From NCBI GenBank assembly GCA_963767925.1, contig CAVYGB010000001.1, forward strand, positions 256,001-320,000: a stretch of DNA of 64,000 nt. The letters run 5' to 3'. The notes under the pieces are model-generated. The model saw nothing but the letters and a program-made list of their open reading frames with translations. It was not told the origin of the DNA and searched no databases. The DNA comes from an uncultured delta proteobacterium (GTDB taxonomy: Bacteria > Myxococcota_A > Polyangia > Fen-1088). Below are positions 56,252 to 64,000 of the stretch, piece after piece (the stretch's first letter is position 1; every line of letters begins with the position of its first letter). Position numbers and translations under genes: made by a program.

Positions 56252-59151
56252 TGGCGCCCGAGGACGACGAGGAGCGGCTGCTCCGCTCGGTGGCCCTGCA
56301 GAACGTCCAGATCATCCTGCAGGAGCGGCAGCGCATCGAGCGCGAGCTGGCTGCCGAGCGCGAGCGCCTCCGCATCACCCTGGCCAGCATCGGCGACGCT
56401 GTGATCAGCACCGACGCCGAGGGGCGGGTCGTCTTCCTCAACGGCGTGGCCGAGGCCCTGACCGGCTGGCCCCAGGCCGAGGCCGCCGGCCGGCCCCTGT
56501 CGGAGATCTTCCACATCGTCAACGAGGTCACCCGCCTGCCGGTCGACAACCCCGCCCTGCGCGCCCTGCGGGAGGGGCGGGTGGTGGACCTCGCCAACCA
56601 CACCCTCTTGATCGCCCGCGACGGCCGCGAGCGGCCCATCGACGACTCCGCCGCCCCGATGCGCGACGATGAGGGGGCGACCATCGGCGCCGTCCTCGTG
56701 TTCCGCGACGTCAGCGAGCGGAAGCGAGCCGAGGAGGCGCACCTCCGGCTGGCGGCCATCGTCGAGTCCTCCGAGGACGCCATCCTGAGCAAGACCCTCG
56801 ATGGGATCATCCGCTCCTGGAACGTCGGGGCGGGGCGGCTGTTCGGCTACACCTCCGAGGAGGCGGTCGGGAAGCACATCACGCTGATCATCCCGCCCGA
56901 CCGGCTGGAGGAGGAGGCGACCATCCTGGGCCGGCTGCAGCGGGGCGAGCGCATCGATCACTTCGAGACCGTGCGGGTGCGCAAGGATGGCCGCCGCGTC
57001 GACATCTCCCTCACCATCTCGCCGCTGCGGGATCACGAGGGGACGATCATCGGCGCCTCCAAGATCGCCCGCGACATCACCGGGCGCAAGCGGGCCGATG
57101 CGGCCCTGCGCGAGAGCGAGGGCCGGCACCGCGTCCTGGCCGACCTCGCCGCCGCCACCCAGGCCCTCGTCGAGCCCGGCGAGGTCATGGGGACGGCCGC
57201 CCGCATGCTGGCCGAGCACCTCGCCGTCGACCGCTGCGTCTACGCCGAGCTCGAGGACGAAGCGGTCCTGGTCGTGACCGGGGAGCACACCCGGTGTGGG
57301 CTCGGCCTCCTGGGGCGCTGGCCGCTGGCCGCCTTCGGCTCGGAGTACGCCCGGCTCATGGCGGCCAATGAGCCCTTCGTCGTCCACGACCTCGACCGGG
57401 ATCCCCGGGTGGGCGCGGATCTCAGCGCCTACCGGCAGGCCAGCATCCGGGCGATGATCGCGGTGCCCATGCGCCAGGCGGGCAAGCTCGCCGCGACCAT
57501 GATGGTCTACCAGGCCGCGCCCCGCGCCTGGACGCCCGCGGAGGTCGAGCTGGTGCAGACCGTGGGGGGGCGCTGCTGGGAGTCGATCGAACGGACCCGG
57601 GTAGGACGTGGCTTGCAGGCGGCGGCCGAGCGCCTCACGCTGGCCCTCGACGCCGCCCGCCTGGGCGACTGGAGCTGGCAGGCCGGGACCGACCGCCTGA
57701 CCCTGTCCCCGCGCGCCGCCGAGATCTTCGGGGTCCCGCCCGGCGGGCCCCTCACCGCGCGCGAGCTGCAGGCCCTCGTCCACGAGGAGGACCGTGCCCT
57801 GGCCAGCCTGCCGGCGGATCGGGCGGCGACCGGGCCCGTCCTCTACGACGTGGAGTACCGGGTGCGACGCCCCGACGGGCGGGAGGTCTGGGTCTCGGCC
57901 AGGGGCCAGGTCGAATACGCCCCGGGTGGCGCGGTCCGGGGGATACTCGGCGTGTTCCAGGACATCACCGAGAAGAAGCACCTCGAGCAGGAGCTGCGCC
58001 AGCGGGCGGAGGAGCTGGCCGAGGCCGACCGGAAGAAGGACGACTTCATCGCGCTGCTGGCCCACGAGCTCCGCAATCCGCTGGCGCCCGTGTCGACCGG
58101 GCTGCAGGTGATGCTCCGGGCGCGCGATCCGGCGGTTGTGAGCCGGGCGGGGGTCATGATGGACCGCCAGCTCTCGCACATGGTGCGGATGATCGACGAC
58201 CTGCTGGACGTCTCCCGGATCAGCCGCAACAAGCTCCACCTGCAAAAGGATCGGGTGTTGCTGGCGGAGGTGGTGAACCACGCCCTCGAGGTGGTCAACT
58301 CCGCGCTCGCGGCGGCGGGACACCAGCTCCACGTCTCGTTGCCGCCCGAGCCGGTCATGCTGGAGGGCGATCTGACCCGGCTGGCCCAGGTGTTCGGCAA
58401 CATCCTCACCAACAGCGCGAAATACACCGAGCGGGGCGGCCGGATCTGGCTCGAGGCCCGGGTCGAGGGGGGCGAGGCGATCGTCTCGATCCGCGACACC
58501 GGCATCGGCATCCCCGCCCCGGAGCTGAGCCGCGTGTTCGACATGTTCTCCCAGGTCGGCCGCAGCGTGGAGCGGGTCACCGGGGGGCTCGGCATCGGGC
58601 TGGCCCTGGTGAAGGCCCTCGTCGAGGCCCACGGGGGCAAGGTGACCGCGGAGAGCCCGGGGCCGGGGGCGGGCAGCACCTTCACCGTGCGCCTGCAGGT
58701 GGCGGACGCCCACGCGGGCGCCGCGGCGGCTGCGCCCGGGGAGCTCGCGGCGGCCGGCAGCCGGCTCAAGGTGGTGGTGGCCGACGACAACCAGGACGCC
58801 GCCGCTTCGCTGGCCGAGCTGCTCGAGATGCTGGGCAACGAGGTGCACGTGGCCCACGACGGCGCGCAGGCGGTCGAGACGGCCGAGCGGGTGCGCCCCG
58901 ACCTCGTGCTGATGGACATCGGGATGCCGAGGGCGGACGGCCTGACCGCCACCCGGCGGCTGCGAGAGCGCCCCTGGGCCCAGGGGGTGACCATCATCGC
59001 CCTCACCGGCTGGGGGCAACACGGCGATCGCGAGCGGACGCGCGCCGCGGGCTGCGACGACCACCTGGTCAAGCCGGTGACCTTGCCCCAGCTCGAGAAG
59101 CTGCTGGCCGCCCTGCGGCCCGCCCGCCGACCGGACGCACCCGCGCCGTAG
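56251..59151 (+). CDS. Cytoplasmic hybrid histidine kinase (PAS-PAS-GAF-PAS-HisKA-HATPase-REC)
   Basis: SIGDAVISTD, AIVESSEDAI, LAHELRNPL, NSAKYT, DTGIGI, GGLGIGL and LMDIGMP motifs. Start overlaps the upstream stop (TGATG). Confidence 0.93.
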   Translation: MAPEDDEERLLRSVALQNVQIILQERQRIERELAAERERLRITLASIGDAVISTDAEGRVVFLNGVAEALTGWPQAEAAGRPLSEIFHIVNEVTRLPVDNPALRALREGRVVDLANHTLLIARDGRERPIDDSAAPMRDDEGATIGAVLVFRDVSERKRAEEAHLRLAAIVESSEDAILSKTLDGIIRSWNVGAGRLFGYTSEEAVGKHITLIIPPDRLEEEATILGRLQRGERIDHFETVRVRKDGRRVDISLTISPLRDHEGTIIGASKIARDITGRKRADAALRESEGRHRVLADLAAATQALVEPGEVMGTAARMLAEHLAVDRCVYAELEDEAVLVVTGEHTRCGLGLLGRWPLAAFGSEYARLMAANEPFVVHDLDRDPRVGADLSAYRQASIRAMIAVPMRQAGKLAATMMVYQAAPRAWTPAEVELVQTVGGRCWESIERTRVGRGLQAAAERLTLALDAARLGDWSWQAGTDRLTLSPRAAEIFGVPPGGPLTARELQALVHEEDRALASLPADRAATGPVLYDVEYRVRRPDGREVWVSARGQVEYAPGGAVRGILGVFQDITEKKHLEQELRQRAEELAEADRKKDDFIALLAHELRNPLAPVSTGLQVMLRARDPAVVSRAGVMMDRQLSHMVRMIDDLLDVSRISRNKLHLQKDRVLLAEVVNHALEVVNSALAAAGHQLHVSLPPEPVMLEGDLTRLAQVFGNILTNSAKYTERGGRIWLEARVEGGEAIVSIRDTGIGIPAPELSRVFDMFSQVGRSVERVTGGLGIGLALVKALVEAHGGKVTAESPGPGAGSTFTVRLQVADAHAGAAAAAPGELAAAGSRLKVVVADDNQDAAASLAELLEMLGNEVHVAHDGAQAVETAERVRPDLVLMDIGMPRADGLTATRRLRERPWAQGVTIIALTGWGQHGDRERTRAAGCDDHLVKPVTLPQLEKLLAALRPARRPDAPAP

Positions 59152-59174
59152 CGGCGGAGCTAGTCCCGGGGGGA

Positions 59175-59798
59175 CTAGAAGAGCTCGACCTCGACCGAGT
59201 CGTCGGGGAGGCGGGCGCGGGCCCGGGCGGCGCGCTTGCGGCTGCTGGTCTTGCGGGCCTTGCCGACCGCGCGGGCCTTGGCCCGGGACATCGCCGAGGG
59301 GGCGGCCTTGCGGGCGGCGGCGGGCCGCGGCTCGTCGTCGTCGGCCTGGTCGTCGGCCTCCGGGACCGGCGCGGTGGGAGCGGGCACCAGCGAGCGGGTC
59401 TCGGGTAAAGGGCTTCCGCCGGTCCCCGACACCCGTTCGGACGCCTCCTGGTCGGCGGTCGAGCGGCCGAGCTTCCCCTGCAACCAGCCGAGCATGCCGC
59501 GCGGGGGGGCCAGGGTCAGGACGATGCCGGCGGCGGCACCCAGCAGGACGGCGGCGGCGAGCACGTTCCGGCGCCGGTTGCCTCCGCGCTGCTGCCGCAT
59601 GGGCGGCGGCCGCGACAGCCGCTGCGTCGACTCCGCATCGAGCAGCGGCTCGAGATCGAGGCGGTGCCCGATGATGGTCGGCACTGGCTCACCGGGGTCC
59701 GGCGGGGCCGGCGCCCCGTCGTCTTCCGTCCGGAATTCCGCACGGTTTTCCGCACGGTCTTGCGCGCGATCTTGCGTGGGGCGTGAGTCCCGGCTCAT
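59175..59798 (-). CDS. Hypothetical single-pass membrane protein
   Basis: One hydrophobic segment and a basic C-terminus. Confidence 0.5.
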   Translation of the reverse strand: MSRDSRPTQDRAQDRAENRAEFRTEDDGAPAPPDPGEPVPTIIGHRLDLEPLLDAESTQRLSRPPPMRQQRGGNRRRNVLAAAVLLGAAAGIVLTLAPPRGMLGWLQGKLGRSTADQEASERVSGTGGSPLPETRSLVPAPTAPVPEADDQADDDEPRPAAARKAAPSAMSRAKARAVGKARKTSSRKRAARARARLPDDSVEVELF

Positions 59799-59926
59799 TC
59801 GACGTCACTATGGGTTCGGTGGCGGCGTCGTCTGACCGAGCGAGCAACCCCGAATTGGCGCAGAACACTATCTGGTGTCGAAGAGATATGCCATAAGAAA
59901 GCGAACACCCTCGGGATCCGCTCGGC

Positions 59927-60541
59927 TCAGGACTGACGCCACAGGACGAGGCGGTCGCCGCCCGCCCGCTCGGTGTGCACGCGCTCGAAGCCGTCGGGCA
60001 GGTTGCCCCCGAAGCCGTAGAAGGTGACAACGGCGGTGCCGGGGCGGGCGGTGGCCAGCTTCTCCTGGATGGTCTTCACGTAGCGGCGGTACAGGGAGCG
60101 CGAGCGCACCACCTCGCCGTCGATGGGGAGCACGCTGCGGTCGCCGAGCTGCTCGAAGAACGGATTGAAGAGATAAAAGCCGTCGAAGCCGGAAAAATCG
60201 AAGTCGACGATGTTGGCCCGGGAGAAGCGGACCCGGCGCACGCCACAGCGGGCGGCGGCGGCGCGGGCGACGTCGACGAGGTGGGGCCGCCGCTCGACCC
60301 CCACGAACGACGCCCCGGTGGTGAGGGCGCCAACGATGCAGAACTTCCCCGGCCCCGACCCCACGTCGAGGATCGAGGTGGCGTCCGCCTCGGTGAGCAG
60401 GGTGGCCGCCCGCATCGCCACCCGCACGGGAGTCCAGTGCTGGCGCGACAGGGCGCGCACGTCGGCCGGATACACCTGATCGAAGGCCCGGTCGCTCACC
60501 ACCCCTCCGGCCTTCAACGTGACGGCGATCGTGCTGGGCAT
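59927..60541 (-). CDS. Class I SAM-dependent methyltransferase
   Basis: HWTP, ILDVGSGPGKFC, FVGVE and YLFNPF motifs. Confidence 0.85.
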   Translation of the reverse strand: MPSTIAVTLKAGGVVSDRAFDQVYPADVRALSRQHWTPVRVAMRAATLLTEADATSILDVGSGPGKFCIVGALTTGASFVGVERRPHLVDVARAAAARCGVRRVRFSRANIVDFDFSGFDGFYLFNPFFEQLGDRSVLPIDGEVVRSRSLYRRYVKTIQEKLATARPGTAVVTFYGFGGNLPDGFERVHTERAGGDRLVLWRQS

Positions 60542-60705
60542 GGGCTCGGGCGGGACGGCGGGGCGACGGGACGATCCGGCCCCGGTATACGCCGGCGCGC
60601 GTCCGCGAGCCAGCGCCCGCTGCCCTGCGGGGCCCTCTCCCCTCGAAGGGTGCGACGCGCGAGGTCGCCGGGGGGAGCCGCGGGTGTTACCTTTTCCTGA
60701 TCGCC

Positions 60706-62223
<1,518 letters not shown>

Positions 62224-62240
62224 ACGCTCCCCCAGATTCC

Positions 62241-62415
62241 TCACCCCTCCCTCTCCGCGCTGGCGCGGGGCGAGGGCGAACGATGGGCGAGGAGCCTCGG
62301 TCGTCCCCGAGCGAGCGGATCCATGGCTCGGTTTCGCGCGATTTCGGCGCCCTGTTGCCCGTTCGCCCTCGCCCCGCGAAGCGGGGAGAGGGTGGGGGTG
62401 GGTGGGGGTGAGGGG
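62241..62415. repeat. Inverted pair of REP-like palindromic elements
   Basis: 62241-62282 is approximately the reverse complement of 62360-62415. Both match 13943-13983. Confidence 0.7.
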
Positions 62416-62450
62416 GCTCCGGGGAGGAGGGCAGCCGGGTGGCTGTCGCT

Positions 62451-63821
62451 TCAGGGCGAGACGGCCGGGCAGCGGGTCGGGGGGCCGCGGACCTCGATCT
62501 GGGCGGGGGCGGTGTTGTCGCTCATGTCGGGGTCGCCGGACCACAGGGTCGCCTGGGCCTCGGGTTGCAGGCGGGTCCCCTCGGGCAGGCCGCAGGCCAC
62601 CGTCGCGGTCAAGGTGACGACCGCCGTCTCGCCGCCGCCGAGCGCGGGGACGCTGACCGCGGGCAGGGGGCCGCCGGCGCAGGTGCCGAGGGTCGTGGTG
62701 CAGGCGGCGAGGGTGAGGCCGCGGGGGAGCGCCAGCTCGACCCGGGCCTGGCGGGCGCCCTCGGGGTGGCGGTTGGTGACCGCCACCGACACGGTCACGG
62801 TCGTGCCGGGGGCGGCGATCGGCGGCGTCACCGTGGTGCGCACCGCCAGGTTGGCGCGGATGGACGCCAGGTAGATCGCCTCGTCGATCTCCGGCTCCTG
62901 CGACCGGGTCGAGCTGTCGCCGTCGATGAAGCCCACGCTGGTGTGGAAGGCGAAGCGCAGGTTGCCCCAGTCGTCCCAGCCGGTCAGCTCGGTGGTCTCC
63001 CGCGTGCCGGGGCGGAGGGTCTGCTGGTCGTCGCCCGCCGCCAGGGTGTCGCACCGGCGGTCGGGGCCGTTGGCGATGACAGCCCCGGCGATCACGTCGT
63101 CGCCGGCCGGGGCCGTGTCGAGGATCCGGTTGCGGCCGGGACCCACGCAGCGCCCGTCGCCGCTGGGGTCGCTCGCCACGCCGCTGTCGCCGCTGACCGC
63201 GTTGCAGTTCCAGTCGACCGGTGCGCCGCCCACGAGGGGATCCCGGCGGTAGTGGGGGCAGAAGTAGAAGGAGTGGTCCTCGCTGTCGCCGATCCCGGCC
63301 GGCTCGTGCAGGTAGGTCTCGAACAGGGAGGGCAGGGCCGCGCGCGAGAAGTCGATGCGGCCGCTGAGCGGCCCCGGCCCGTCAGGGTCGCGCGGAGGGA
63401 TGCCGGCGAGCTGGAAGGTGTAGCTCATGATGCTGATGTAGTTGGGCTTGTCGTTGAGGTTGTCCCCGCCGCCGTGCCGCAGTCCGAGGGTGTGCCCGAG
63501 CTCGTGCACGAAGGTGCCGGCCTGCTGGGACACGGTGCCGACCATGGCGTCGGCCAGGCCGTCCTGGTCGAGGTCGGCGCCCTGGTTGCCGAAGCCCCCC
63601 AGCGACACGACGAAGTCGTTGCCCGGCAGCTCGCCACAGCCCGAGCTGCCGGAGCTGGGATGTTGCAGGTGGGAGAACAGGGCGTAGCGGTAGGCGAAGC
63701 GGCGCGGGTTCTCGGGGCCGAAGATGGCGGGGTCGGGTCCGTTTTTCCTGCTGCTCGGACGGAGCGAGCCAGGCGTCGAGATGCCCAGCATGAGCAGGCC
63801 CGTGCAGGTCGGCGGCATCAC
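62451..63821 (-). CDS. Zinc metalloprotease-like protein with a C-terminal DUF11-like Ig domain, probably 5'-truncated
   Basis: HELGHTLGLRHGG, KPNY.SIMSY Met-turn, and ANL.V....PG.TVT..V.VTN..DPD.SDNTA. The first ~30 codons look unrelated and there is no signal peptide. Confidence 0.65.
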   Translation of the reverse strand: MMPPTCTGLLMLGISTPGSLRPSSRKNGPDPAIFGPENPRRFAYRYALFSHLQHPSSGSSGCGELPGNDFVVSLGGFGNQGADLDQDGLADAMVGTVSQQAGTFVHELGHTLGLRHGGGDNLNDKPNYISIMSYTFQLAGIPPRDPDGPGPLSGRIDFSRAALPSLFETYLHEPAGIGDSEDHSFYFCPHYRRDPLVGGAPVDWNCNAVSGDSGVASDPSGDGRCVGPGRNRILDTAPAGDDVIAGAVIANGPDRRCDTLAAGDDQQTLRPGTRETTELTGWDDWGNLRFAFHTSVGFIDGDSSTRSQEPEIDEAIYLASIRANLAVRTTVTPPIAAPGTTVTVSVAVTNRHPEGARQARVELALPRGLTLAACTTTLGTCAGGPLPAVSVPALGGGETAVVTLTATVACGLPEGTRLQPEAQATLWSGDPDMSDNTAPAQIEVRGPPTRCPAVSP

Positions 63822-64000
63822 CTACGGTTCCCTGAACCTCGTCCTCGACCCCCTCGGCCTCATCCGCCGATCGCAGCCCTGAGCAGCAGGCGGGCTCCGG
63901 ACGTGCGCCCGCTGCCAGTCCCCGGCGGTGGCGTGGTCGACGGCGTCGAGGAGCCGCTGGTCCACGCTGCTCATTCACGAAGCGTACCGCTCTGCGGGGC

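Overview
Very GC-rich bacterial DNA. The gene content (many Cys-rich lipoproteins with Pro/Ala/Gly-rich 'DAG' linkers, an ECF sigma factor fused to carboxypeptidase-regulatory-like repeats, a CotH kinase) suggests a myxobacterium (Myxococcota); this is an inference. The window holds about 40 intact genes. Recognisable ones include RbgA, an FtsH paralog, PTS enzyme I, oligopeptidase A, an M32 carboxypeptidase, a 2907-aa cyclic beta-1,2-glucan synthase, GH9 and GHL10-like hydrolases, pirin/LysR and a hybrid histidine kinase. There is also one internally deleted IS5-family element, a REP-like palindrome family and many gene remnants in the intergenic gaps. The best candidate for an uncharacterised system is a translationally coupled operon at 6379-8326 (minus strand). 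It encodes a membrane protein ending in a Gly/Ser/Cys RiPP-like tail (TIGR04222-like), a DUF692/MNIO oxidase and a 65-aa partner. Other notable items are an FtsH with HQAGH in place of HEXXH, a MetE-like gene coupled to a sensor kinase, and a membrane-tethered one-component ECF sigma factor. No rRNA, tRNA or CRISPR array was seen. All family calls come from motif recognition by eye, not from database searches.
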